The notes under the pieces are model-generated. The model was not told the origin of the DNA. It ran no database searches and saw only the letters and a list, made by a program, of their open reading frames with translations. Below are positions 41,596 to 50,719 of a stretch of 64,000 nucleotides of DNA, one piece after another (the stretch's first letter is position 1; each line of letters begins with the position of its first letter). The DNA comes from Hyphomonadaceae bacterium. Its GTDB lineage: Bacteria > Pseudomonadota > Alphaproteobacteria > Caulobacterales > Hyphomonadaceae. Both the position numbers and the translations under genes were made by a program. The stretch spans positions 412 through 64,411 of the forward strand of contig DAINAT010000006.1 in assembly GCA_036733305.1 (NCBI GenBank), read 5' to 3'.

Positions 41596-41877
41596 ATGAA
41601 CGTCGAACTTGGGCTGGTGTTCCCGTCAATCGTGCTTTTTTCTGCGAGCATTGTTTTGACGGGCGCTTCGCTCTGGGTGGGCGGCAAGCTGGCCCCGTGG
41701 TTCATGGGCGAAGGTTTTCAGGCGCCAAGCGTGCGCTCTTATTTCACTGATCTCAGCGCGGACTTGGAGCTGACCAAGGGGCGGGTCGTGACGGCCATGA
41801 TCGCGCTGGCGGTCATGCTGACCGTGCTGTTGGTGATGACGGTTGCTGTGAAATTCGGCGGGATCGCGCCGCTCTAG
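41596..41877 (+). CDS. small two-TM membrane protein in low-GC islet
   Basis: 93 aa with two hydrophobic spans (about residues 5-30 and 66-88). Followed by a terminator. Confidence 0.55.
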   Translation: MNVELGLVFPSIVLFSASIVLTGASLWVGGKLAPWFMGEGFQAPSVRSYFTDLSADLELTKGRVVTAMIALAVMLTVLLVMTVAVKFGGIAPL

Positions 41878-41910
41878 TCTGAGCTGGCTGGATCACGACA
41901 GTGTAAAGTG

Positions 41911-41945
41911 AAACGCCCCAGCTTTTGGCCGGGGCGTTTTTGTTT
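41911..41945. terminator. rho-independent terminator
   Basis: AAACGCCCC (41911-41919) pairs with GGGGCGTTT (41931-39) and is followed by TTTTTGTTT. Lies between convergent genes. Confidence 0.8.
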
Positions 41946-41962
41946 GCGGGTCGGAACGATCG

Positions 41963-44845
41963 CTATTTCAGTGTTGCCGAGTCGAGCTTCAGCTTGCCGA
42001 TGGGCAGGCGTTCCATGCCGGCGCGCTTGTCCTTCACCTGATCCCAGAACTGGGCTGCATCGCCGACGACGACCAGCGTGGCGTTGGCGGGATCGTAGTG
42101 AGCCTTCGCGGCGGCGCCGGCCTGTTCGGCGGTGACCGCGTTGATGTCGGCCGAGTAGGTCTGCAGCTTTTCAAGCGGCAGGCCGAACTGGGCAAGCGCC
42201 GAATACTGGCTGGCCAGACCTGACGTGGTTTCGACGGAGCGCCCGAAGCCGCCGATGATGACGGCCTTGCGCGCAGCAAGCTCGTTCGCCGGGATCGGCT
42301 CCGAGCCGAGGCGGGCGAATTCCGAGACCATCAGGTCGACAACTTGCGGCACGGCGTCGTTGCGCGTTTGCGCTGCGGCGGTGATCGGGCCGGGCAGTTT
42401 GCGGGCGGTGAGGCCGGAGTTGGCGCCGTAGGAGAGGCCGCGCTTGATGCGGATCTCTGAGTTGAGGCGGGCCGAGTAACCGCCGCCGAGCACGTTGTTG
42501 GCGACGACGGTGGGGAAGTAATCCTCCGCCATGCGGGCAGGACCAACGCGGCCGAGGAAGACGACAGCCTGGCCGATCTTCGGCATGTCGACGGTGAGCG
42601 CGCGGGGCGGGATGGCTGCGCCGGCAGCAGCTTGCGGCGGCAGCGGCAGCGAGGGTTTCACCCAGCCACCGAAGGCGCTTTCAGCGAGAGCGAAGCCTGC
42701 ATCCGGCGTGATGTCGCCGGCGATGACGAGGATCGCAGCATCCGGGCGCCAGTTGGCGGAGTGGAAGGCGGCGAGTTGTTCCTTGGTGAGTGACGACACC
42801 GAGGCTTTCGTCGCGACGCCGCCATAGGGGCCGGCGCCGAAGAGGGCGCGGGTCATGACGAGGCTGCCGACTGTGCGCGGCGAGCTCATCCCCAGTTCGA
42901 TACCGTCGAGTGTTTCGCGTTGTGCGCGGGCGAGTTCTTCGGCGGCGAAGGCGGGGTGGAGCACCACGTCCGCCATGATGGCGAAGGCGTCGGTGATCTT
43001 GTCCGAGCGGGTCGAGATCGAGACGTCGGTTGCATCGGCGCCTGCGCCTGCGCCGATGTCTGCGCCGAGGCTTTCGATCTCGCTGGCGATCTGCGTGGCG
43101 GAACGGGTGGTGGTGCCGCGTGTGACGAGGTCTGCCGTCATGGAGGCGAGGCCAGCCTTGCCGGCGGGGTCATAGGCGCTGCCGGTGGAGAGGCGCAGGC
43201 TGGCGCTGACCAGCGGCAAGCCGGGCTTGTTGGCGACGATGACGCGCAGGCCGTTGGCCAGCGTCTTCTCGGACGAGCCGGGGACTTTCGCTTCGACAGG
43301 TGCGCCTGCTTCCGGCGGGGCGAGGCGGTCGGCTTCAGCAGCGAGGGTGTAGGTCGGGATATCGGCTGCGGCGATCTCGATCTTGGAGGTCTGGATCGTG
43401 GGCGAGTCGGCGAAGGTATCTTCCTTCGCGCCTTTCTGATCTTCCTCGGGCAGGTATTTGATCGTGACCGACTTGTTCACGTCGAAGATCTGCTGGGCGA
43501 CGCGCTGGATATCGGCGGCGGTGACGCTCTGCAGCTTGGCGAGGAGTTCGTCCGACGCCTTGGCGTTCTTGTAGAGGATGACGCTGCGCGCGAGTTCGTC
43601 GGCGCGGCCATCGGAGGTTTCGCGGCCTTGCAGCGTGCCGGTGATCAGCTCGTTGCGGGCTTCGTCGATTTCGGCCTGCGTGACCAGCGTGTCGCGCATA
43701 CGGGCGACTTCGGCGTTGAGCGCGGTGATGCCTTGATCGGCTGTTTTGCCGCCGGCGAGGATCATGTAGAGGCCGAACTGGCCCGGGTCTGCTGTGACCG
43801 AGAAGGTCGAGCCGACATCGGCGGCGACCTGCTGCTCATAGATCATCGACTTGTAGAGGCGAGAGGACTGGCCCGTCGTCATGATCGCATCCATCAGCAT
43901 GAGGGCGGCGATGTCGGGGCTGTTCGCGGCTGGCTGTGGCCACGAGACTGCGACGGCGGGCAGGGACACGTTGGGTTCGTAGACGGTGTAGGACTTGGCT
44001 TCGGTGCGCGCAGGTTCAACGGCGGTCACGCGCGGGATCGGGCGATCCGGCGTTTTGATGCCGGCGAAGTATTTCTTCACATAGCCTTCAAGCTGCGCCT
44101 CGGTGAAGTTGCCGGAGACGACGAGCACGGCGTTGTCCGGGCGATAGTAGGCGGCGTGGAAGGCGCGCACGTCTTCAACCGTGGCGGCGTCGAGTTGCTC
44201 GATCGAGCCGATGCCGGGGCGGCCATAGGGGTGAACGTTGAAGCCTGCTTGCGTCATGTAGAGGCCGAGCAGCTTGCCGTACGGGTTGGAGAGGATGGAT
44301 TGGCGGAACTCCTCCTTCACCACGTCGCGCTCGGATTTGAAGTTGGCGTCGTCGATGACCAGTGAGCCCATGCGCTCGGCCTCGCCCCAGAGCACGCGCT
44401 CGAGATGGTTGGCGGGGACGGTCTCGAAGTAGTTGGTGAAATCGTCCCAGGTGGAGGCGTTGTTGAAGCCGCCGGCGTCCTCGGTGAGACGATCGAAGGT
44501 TTCGGGCGGCATGTTGGTGGTCGATTTGAACATCAGGTGTTCAAACAGGTGGGCGAAGCCCGAGCGGCCCTGCGGATCGTCCTTCGAGCCGACATCGTAC
44601 CAGACGGCGACCGAGACGCTGGCCGTGTTGGAATCCGGCATCGCGTAAACGCGCAGGCCGTTCTCAAGCTTCTTGCAGGTGAATTGCAGCGGCTGGATCG
44701 AGAGGCCGGGTCCGGTCTGCGCTGCTGCAGGCACATCATTGCCGCCGCAGGCAGCGAGGCTGGTGGCCGCTGGCTCGTTCGGGCCGCAGGCGGAGAGGGC
44801 GAGGGCGGCGATTGCGGAGGAGGCGGCGAGGCGAAGCTTCATCAT
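41963..44845 (-). CDS. double-length M16 zinc peptidase (lipoprotein)
   Basis: HLFEH zinc motif in GFAHLFEHLMFKST. About 960 aa. Start at MMKLRLAASSAIAALALSAC, which carries a lipobox. The track start at 45073 was rejected. Confidence 0.9.
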   Translation of the reverse strand: MMKLRLAASSAIAALALSACGPNEPAATSLAACGGNDVPAAAQTGPGLSIQPLQFTCKKLENGLRVYAMPDSNTASVSVAVWYDVGSKDDPQGRSGFAHLFEHLMFKSTTNMPPETFDRLTEDAGGFNNASTWDDFTNYFETVPANHLERVLWGEAERMGSLVIDDANFKSERDVVKEEFRQSILSNPYGKLLGLYMTQAGFNVHPYGRPGIGSIEQLDAATVEDVRAFHAAYYRPDNAVLVVSGNFTEAQLEGYVKKYFAGIKTPDRPIPRVTAVEPARTEAKSYTVYEPNVSLPAVAVSWPQPAANSPDIAALMLMDAIMTTGQSSRLYKSMIYEQQVAADVGSTFSVTADPGQFGLYMILAGGKTADQGITALNAEVARMRDTLVTQAEIDEARNELITGTLQGRETSDGRADELARSVILYKNAKASDELLAKLQSVTAADIQRVAQQIFDVNKSVTIKYLPEEDQKGAKEDTFADSPTIQTSKIEIAAADIPTYTLAAEADRLAPPEAGAPVEAKVPGSSEKTLANGLRVIVANKPGLPLVSASLRLSTGSAYDPAGKAGLASMTADLVTRGTTTRSATQIASEIESLGADIGAGAGADATDVSISTRSDKITDAFAIMADVVLHPAFAAEELARAQRETLDGIELGMSSPRTVGSLVMTRALFGAGPYGGVATKASVSSLTKEQLAAFHSANWRPDAAILVIAGDITPDAGFALAESAFGGWVKPSLPLPPQAAAGAAIPPRALTVDMPKIGQAVVFLGRVGPARMAEDYFPTVVANNVLGGGYSARLNSEIRIKRGLSYGANSGLTARKLPGPITAAAQTRNDAVPQVVDLMVSEFARLGSEPIPANELAARKAVIIGGFGRSVETTSGLASQYSALAQFGLPLEKLQTYSADINAVTAEQAGAAAKAHYDPANATLVVVGDAAQFWDQVKDKRAGMERLPIGKLKLDSATLK

Positions 44846-45136
44846 GGATGGGCTCTTCTTGTCCTGACTAATTGCGCAAAGGCATAGCAACGCGCGAAAC
44901 GAGTGGCGAGCAATTTTATCGATAATCGTGAAGTGACGATGGGACTGCGCGGGATCAATCGCAGAAGTTCCAACCATTACCGCGGAGCTGGCGCTGGTAT
45001 TCAGGCTGGGCTGCGCCGGTGATGGCGGGCGCGTCATGCGCATGGCGCGGCGAAGGGTGGCGAGATCTGTCATCGCGCCAACTTACATCGGGCGAGGACC
45101 CCCGGGGATAACTAAAGTTTTCCCCGGCTCGCCGCC

Positions 45137-46531
45137 TTAAGCGAGGAAGCCGAGGTTCGGGTTTGCGAAGCGGGACAGGTTCGGCATCACCGTGCCGAGC
45201 TGCGTCGGGCTTGCGCCGAACCAGCGGGCGAGCGTTGCGGCGTATTCGTCGAGCGAGGTGGTGGGCACCAGCGCGCCATTGCCGGCGTCTTCGGCGGTAT
45301 TGAGCGCAACCGTTGGCCAATTGCCAAACACGCGGCGGCCCTGGACGGCGCCGCCGACGACGAAGTGGTGGCTGCCCCAGCCATGGTCGGAGCCGCGGCC
45401 ATTGTGCTGCAGGCAGCGGCCGAACTCCGAGACAGTGAACTGCGTGACATTGCTGGAGACGCCCATCTCCGCCGTGGCGGCGTAGAGCGCGCTCATGGCG
45501 GCATCGAGGTCTTTCAGGCGCGGCAGGTGTTCCTCGGTCAGGGAGTTGTGCATGTCCCAGCCGCCCATGGCGATGACGAAGATCTGGCGTCGCTGCTGCA
45601 GCGCTTTGCGCGCACCGATCATGCGGGCGACCATTTTCGCCTGATTGCCGATGTCGGTGTTGGGGAAGACGGAGGTCAGGGCGGGCTGTGCCGCGAGGGC
45701 GGTTTCCACCAGTGCTGCATTGCTGAGGGCGCGAGTGGTGATTGAGGACAGGCCGTCCTGCAAGACGTTGGGGCCGGCCATCGTGAACAGCTGCTTGAAG
45801 GCGGCGCCGCCAGCGGCTGATCCGTAGAGCGAGTTCACGTCCCGCACGCGGGCGACACCGCCGGAGGAGACCTGATACTGGATCGTCTGGTTGCCTGCCA
45901 GGATCTGCGTGGTGCCGGCGATCGACATGGTGATCGAGAGCTGGCTGGACGGGTTGAAGGCGTTGGCGGTCATGTCGCCGAGGCGGCCGAGCCAGCCGCT
46001 TTCCGATACGCGATCTGCGAGACCCGACTCCCAGATGGTGTACTGGTCGGAGTGCGAGAAGAGCTGGCGCGGCGCACGTTTGGAACCAGCTTTCCACTGA
46101 TCGCGGGTCATCGGCTCGGCGAGCGTGCCGACATTGGCCACCACGGCGCAGCGGCCTTGCTCGAACAGCGTGCGCAGGCCGGGCAGGGATGGCGAGAGGC
46201 CAAGCTCGGGGCCCGAGAAGCCGGTGGGCGAGATCGGCAGGATGTTCGCGGACGGAATGGCCAGTGTGGGGCGTGCAGCCTGATAACTGGAATATGCGCC
46301 GCCCGAACGCGGGATGACCGTGTTGGACTGGTCGTTGCCGCCGATCAGCGTGATGCAGACAAGCGCCTTGTAGTCGTCGGCGGTCTGTGCGGCAGCGGCG
46401 CCTGTGGCGACGGTGGGCGTCAGCATCGGCACGCCGACGGCGGTTGCGAGGCCGAGCGTCTTCAGGGCCTGGCGGCGTGTGGCGCTGCCGTGGGCGCGAT
46501 CGTTGGAGTCGAAATCGGAAGGTGAGGACAT
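45137..46531 (-). CDS. DUF1501-family (sulfatase-fold) protein with Tat signal
   Basis: Twin-arginine motif TRRQALKTLGLATAVG. C-terminal DHGWGSHHFVVGG block typical of DUF1501. ATG at 46531 with ACGAGG SD preferred over the TTG at 46561. Confidence 0.8.
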   Translation of the reverse strand: MSSPSDFDSNDRAHGSATRRQALKTLGLATAVGVPMLTPTVATGAAAAQTADDYKALVCITLIGGNDQSNTVIPRSGGAYSSYQAARPTLAIPSANILPISPTGFSGPELGLSPSLPGLRTLFEQGRCAVVANVGTLAEPMTRDQWKAGSKRAPRQLFSHSDQYTIWESGLADRVSESGWLGRLGDMTANAFNPSSQLSITMSIAGTTQILAGNQTIQYQVSSGGVARVRDVNSLYGSAAGGAAFKQLFTMAGPNVLQDGLSSITTRALSNAALVETALAAQPALTSVFPNTDIGNQAKMVARMIGARKALQQRRQIFVIAMGGWDMHNSLTEEHLPRLKDLDAAMSALYAATAEMGVSSNVTQFTVSEFGRCLQHNGRGSDHGWGSHHFVVGGAVQGRRVFGNWPTVALNTAEDAGNGALVPTTSLDEYAATLARWFGASPTQLGTVMPNLSRFANPNLGFLA

Positions 46532-46544
46532 GGGGTTGGCCTCG

Positions 46545-48419
46545 TTATTTCTGAACGACAAAGTCGGGGGAGATCATGCAGAGCGCCACTGCGGTCTGCA
46601 CGCGTCGCAACGGAGCATCGCTTGCGCTTACCGGTATTGCCTCGATAGCCGTCTTGATGATGGTGCGCGTGATAGACGAGAGCTGCGCGCCCATCAGCAC
46701 GAGATTGAGGTGGTCGAGCAGGGCGTCGGGATTGCTGGCCAGCGGCAGCTCGTTTGAGTAATTCGGCTGAACAGGCAGGATGTCCGGGTGACGCTCGCTG
46801 ACGTCGAAACCCTTCGCGGCGAGCTGGCCGATGAAGTTGGCGTAGGCTGTGCTCGAACTCTCGTGCTGGATCTGGAATTCGGGTGCGACGAGGCTGGCGG
46901 TGCGGATGCTGCCTGGCGGGGAATAGTCCGGACGGAAATAGTTGAACACGGATGGCGGCCTTAGCGTCGGCTGGCCCATCGCATTCATCGGGTCGTTATA
47001 GCCATAGAGCACCAGGCGGCCCTGCGAGTTGGTCGCGTTGAAAGCGCGGAGCCAGGCCGAGAAACGCAGGATCGGTTCGCGTAGCTTGCCCCAGGTCGGC
47101 TCCTGCGTCTTGGCGGCGTCGCGCGCTTCGGGATCGAGGAGAACGGCCTTGAGGATCGCGCGCATATCGCCGCGTACGCCCGCGCCGTTGTTGGTGAAGG
47201 CTGCGGAGACGCGGCTGACATAGGCGCGGCTGGGGTTGGACGTGACAAGCCGCTTGATCAGCTGTTCGCCGAAGAAGGGCGCGGTGTTCGGATGGTTGAA
47301 GAGTGTATCGAGCGCGATGCGCAGGCTGTCGGGGCCGGACGTGTTGGGCGGGATGACCACGCCGCCGACGATCCGCTTCTCGCTCATCGACGTGTGTTCG
47401 GCGTAGTGGACCATGGGCTTCTCGAAGTCGTAGCCACCCCACCAGTTGGCGTTCCAGCTCAGGCCGGTGAACACGCGCGACATGCCGACGACTTCGGCCT
47501 GGCCATAGGTCGGGATCGGCTGGCCTGCGCTGTCGAGGCGGCGCGAGCCATCGGCGTTGAGTTCCCACAAGCCGATGGTGAACAGCTGCATGATCTCGCG
47601 CGCGAAGTTCTGATCCGGAATGCGGCCGGTGGTCGGGTCTTCCTTCTCATTGCCCAGATGCGACAGGAAGAAGCCCATGGAGGGCGAACGCGCGACGGCT
47701 TCGATCAGCGTGCGGAAATTGCCGAAGGCGTTGTCCGACAGCATGTCGAGATAGGCGGCTATGGGCTCGGCGTAGAAGCCAAGGTCGCCATTGGCGCCGG
47801 ATACGACGAAAATCTCGTAGAGCGCGAGCGTGGTGCGCTGGCGGAGTTGATCCTGTCCACGCACGGCCTGCGTCCAGAAGCTTTCGATCGTGCCCCACAG
47901 CATCTCGTAGTCACGGCGTGGGAACGAGATGTGGGTTGCGGCGCGCGGGGTCCGGAACTGCGCGTCGAGCCATGCGCCATAGCCTGCGTTTGCGACCTTC
48001 TGCACCTCGGGCATGGTCGCGCCGAAGCTCGCCTGCACCAGAAAACGGGACGCATCCTGCACCGACACCGGGCCGGTCGGGGTGGGCGGTGACGCCGGCG
48101 AGGGTGGTGAAGGCGGTGAAGGCGGCACTGCAGGCGGCGATGATGTTGGCGTTGTGTCGGTCGATGCTGCTGGCGTTGCAGTAGCGATCTGATTTTCACC
48201 TTCACGCGTTCCGCCGCCGCCGCAAGCCTGTGTAGCCAAAGCGGCGAGTAGCGGCGTCAAAGCTCGCAAATCCAAGCGTCGCGTGATGCCTGCTGTGGAT
48301 GATGACGCTTCGCCTACAGAGAGATTTTCGACTGAAGGATGTGCAGCATCCTTCAGCGCGAGAGCGTCATCGTCCTTGTCAGAGATCATGCCGAGGGCCG
48401 GGCTCCGGTTTGCGTTCAT
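46545..48419 (-). CDS. DUF1800-family protein
   Basis: 624 aa. Pro/Ser-rich linker PPAVPPSPPSPPSPASPPTP after a signal or lipobox-like region. Canonical partner position immediately upstream of the DUF1501 gene. Confidence 0.7.
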   Translation of the reverse strand: MNANRSPALGMISDKDDDALALKDAAHPSVENLSVGEASSSTAGITRRLDLRALTPLLAALATQACGGGGTREGENQIATATPAASTDTTPTSSPPAVPPSPPSPPSPASPPTPTGPVSVQDASRFLVQASFGATMPEVQKVANAGYGAWLDAQFRTPRAATHISFPRRDYEMLWGTIESFWTQAVRGQDQLRQRTTLALYEIFVVSGANGDLGFYAEPIAAYLDMLSDNAFGNFRTLIEAVARSPSMGFFLSHLGNEKEDPTTGRIPDQNFAREIMQLFTIGLWELNADGSRRLDSAGQPIPTYGQAEVVGMSRVFTGLSWNANWWGGYDFEKPMVHYAEHTSMSEKRIVGGVVIPPNTSGPDSLRIALDTLFNHPNTAPFFGEQLIKRLVTSNPSRAYVSRVSAAFTNNGAGVRGDMRAILKAVLLDPEARDAAKTQEPTWGKLREPILRFSAWLRAFNATNSQGRLVLYGYNDPMNAMGQPTLRPPSVFNYFRPDYSPPGSIRTASLVAPEFQIQHESSSTAYANFIGQLAAKGFDVSERHPDILPVQPNYSNELPLASNPDALLDHLNLVLMGAQLSSITRTIIKTAIEAIPVSASDAPLRRVQTAVALCMISPDFVVQK

Positions 48420-48501
48420 CTCGAACGCTCACGCCCCCTCAGGCACGCTTTCTCTTAGCACCCGCTCCGCAGATGGGTAGAGCGAAAAGCAAACTGGCGA
48501 A

Positions 48502-49275
48502 TTAAAAAATGGAATATCCGCCATCGATGACGAAGCTGTCGCCTGAGTGATAGCTTGAGCAATCGGATGTCAGATAGACAGCGATGCCGCCGAAGTCCTT
48601 CGGCTCACCCCAGCGACGCATCGGTACGCGCGGAATGACTTTCTCGGCGAAGGCTGTGCTGTCCTGTGCGCCTTGAGTCATGTCCGTTGCGATCCAGCCC
48701 GGCAGGATCGAGTTAGCGCGGATGCCATAGCGCGCATGTTCGACGGCGATGGATTTGATCATGGAGACAACCGCGCCCTTGGTTGCGGCGTAGGCCTCGT
48801 TGCGGGCGGCGCCTTCGATGGCTGCGAGTGAGGCAAGGCCGACAAGCGAGCCGCCGGGATCGCCTGCCTGAGCGCGCTCGATCATGTGCTTGGCGGCTTC
48901 GCGGAGGGTGAAGAAGACGCCGTCAAGGTTAACGGAGAGCACGCGGCGGTAGGTGTCGGTCGGGAATTCGGCGAAGGACTTCGCGCCGCCGCCGATGCCG
49001 GCATTGGCAAAAACGCTGTCGATGCGGCCGAAATGGCTGACCACGTCGGCCATGGCGGCGGCGACCTGTGTCTCGTCGGCGACGTTGACGGTCCAGGCCT
49101 TGGCGCCGCTGCCCAGTTTCGCGACGGCGTCGTGGTTGTTCTTTTCGTTGGAGCCCCAGATGGCGACGGCTGCGCCGGCTTCGTAGAGTGCCTCGGCGAA
49201 GCCGAACCCGATGCCGCGATTGCCGCCCGTGATCAGCGCGACTTTTCCTTCGAGGTTGAACGGGGCGTAGGCCAT
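48502..49275 (-). CDS. SDR-family oxidoreductase
   Basis: TGGNRGIGFG cofactor motif and catalytic YAATKGAV (YxxxK). Confidence 0.9.
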   Translation of the reverse strand: MAYAPFNLEGKVALITGGNRGIGFGFAEALYEAGAAVAIWGSNEKNNHDAVAKLGSGAKAWTVNVADETQVAAAMADVVSHFGRIDSVFANAGIGGGAKSFAEFPTDTYRRVLSVNLDGVFFTLREAAKHMIERAQAGDPGGSLVGLASLAAIEGAARNEAYAATKGAVVSMIKSIAVEHARYGIRANSILPGWIATDMTQGAQDSTAFAEKVIPRVPMRRWGEPKDFGGIAVYLTSDCSSYHSGDSFVIDGGYSIF

Positions 49276-49408
49276 GGGCGTCTCCTTTTATCTATCAGTG
49301 GTTGGACCGTTCTGGCGGGGCTGCGTCAAGGCACGGCTGGTTGATATGCGGGCGGGACTTGAAGGAATCCTCCGGTGCGGTGAAGTGGGCGGAATGTGGG
49401 GGCGCTAT

Positions 49409-50242
49409 ATGCGGATAGTAGCAATTCTTGTGGCGGGGCTAAGCCTGCTGGCGGCGCCTGCAGTGGCGCAGGTCGGCAGTGGCGTGCAGGGGCGGATGAC
49501 GCTGCAGCCGGAGCGGTTGCCCGGCATGTGCCTGACGCTATCGGACGCCGGGTCGGTGAGCATGCCGTGCGATGGCACGGAGCGGCAGTTCTTCGTGACG
49601 CCGGGCCTTGAGCCGGGGCCGATCCGGAATGGCGGCAAATGTCTCGCCCCGCGTGGGACTGGATATTACCCGCAGCTGTTTGCCGAAACCTGCGATGGCT
49701 CGCCTGCGCAGAGCTGGACGATGAATGCCGAGGGAGAACTGCGCAGCGCCGCGGGGCGGTGCATTTCGCTTATGGGGCAGGTGAGCGCTTCGGGGACGAT
49801 GATCTTTGGCGGGGAGTGTCCGCGCGAGGGGCAGGCGCATCAGTGGAAGGTCCGTTATGTGGACTTCACCAATGTGGTCGAGGCGTCGCTGGAATCGAAG
49901 GCGCGGCCGGGCATGTGCATTGGGCATGATACGGGCGTGGGGCTTTATCCCTGTACCGACAATTACGGGCAGGTGATCAGTCTGGATGCAAAGGCCATTG
50001 GCCAGATGCGGCTGAAGAGCAGCTGTTTCTCCGGCGGGTACGCCTTCGGGGCTCTGCGGCTTGGCGACTGTCGGGATGAGCCGGGGCAGAAGTGGTTCGT
50101 CATGGAGACGGGGCAGGTCGTGAATGCCGGGGTGCAGTGCATCGAACTGGTGAACGAGAACGGGCGCGACGTTCTGCGGACGAATGCGTGCAAGCTGATC
50201 CCGGAGCAGCAATGGGTGCTGCGGATGCCGAAGAAGCCTTAG
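49409..50242 (+). CDS. secreted ricin-type beta-trefoil lectin domain protein
   Basis: Signal peptide MRIVAILVAGLSLLAAPAVAQ. Repeated Q-x-W motifs (AQSW, AHQW, GQKW, EQQW) with paired cysteines, consistent with two trefoil domains. Confidence 0.7.
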   Translation: MRIVAILVAGLSLLAAPAVAQVGSGVQGRMTLQPERLPGMCLTLSDAGSVSMPCDGTERQFFVTPGLEPGPIRNGGKCLAPRGTGYYPQLFAETCDGSPAQSWTMNAEGELRSAAGRCISLMGQVSASGTMIFGGECPREGQAHQWKVRYVDFTNVVEASLESKARPGMCIGHDTGVGLYPCTDNYGQVISLDAKAIGQMRLKSSCFSGGYAFGALRLGDCRDEPGQKWFVMETGQVVNAGVQCIELVNENGRDVLRTNACKLIPEQQWVLRMPKKP

Positions 50243-50290
50243 TTAGGGCGCAGGGTTATGGCAGGCTGCTTTCGTATGCGGAGCGGCTTT

Positions 50291-50710
50291 ATGCGTGTTG
50301 GCTTGATTGCAGGACTGGTTGGGGTGGCGCTGGCGGGTGCGCCGGCGCTGGCGCAGCTGGCCAAGGGCGGGCCGGTGATGAATGCGGACCAGCTCAAGAA
50401 GTCGCTGTTCGGGATCGAGATGACCGGGTTCTCGCCGAGCTTTGGCTTCTCATGGCGCGAATGCATCGAGCCGGGCGGGGATACGCTTTATGAGACGCCC
50501 GATGGACTTCAGCATGGGCGGCTGACGATCTCGCCGAAGGGAGAGGCGTGTTTTGCCTATGAGGACGATGGGTATAAAACGCCTGCCTGCTATCAGACCC
50601 GGAAGACCGACAAGGGTTTCCGGTTCGATGGAGAGTTCGACAGCGTGTTTGTCACGACCAAGGTTGTGACCGGCATACGAAGCTGCAAGAAGCAGGATCT
50701 GGTCGGTTAG
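50291..50710 (+). CDS. secreted hypothetical protein
   Basis: Signal peptide MRVGLIAGLVGVALAGAPALAQ. GGAG 8 nt upstream of the ATG at 50291 (track start 50258). Four Cys in the mature part. Confidence 0.55.
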   Translation: MRVGLIAGLVGVALAGAPALAQLAKGGPVMNADQLKKSLFGIEMTGFSPSFGFSWRECIEPGGDTLYETPDGLQHGRLTISPKGEACFAYEDDGYKTPACYQTRKTDKGFRFDGEFDSVFVTTKVVTGIRSCKKQDLVG

Positions 50711-50719
50711 GAGTTCCGC

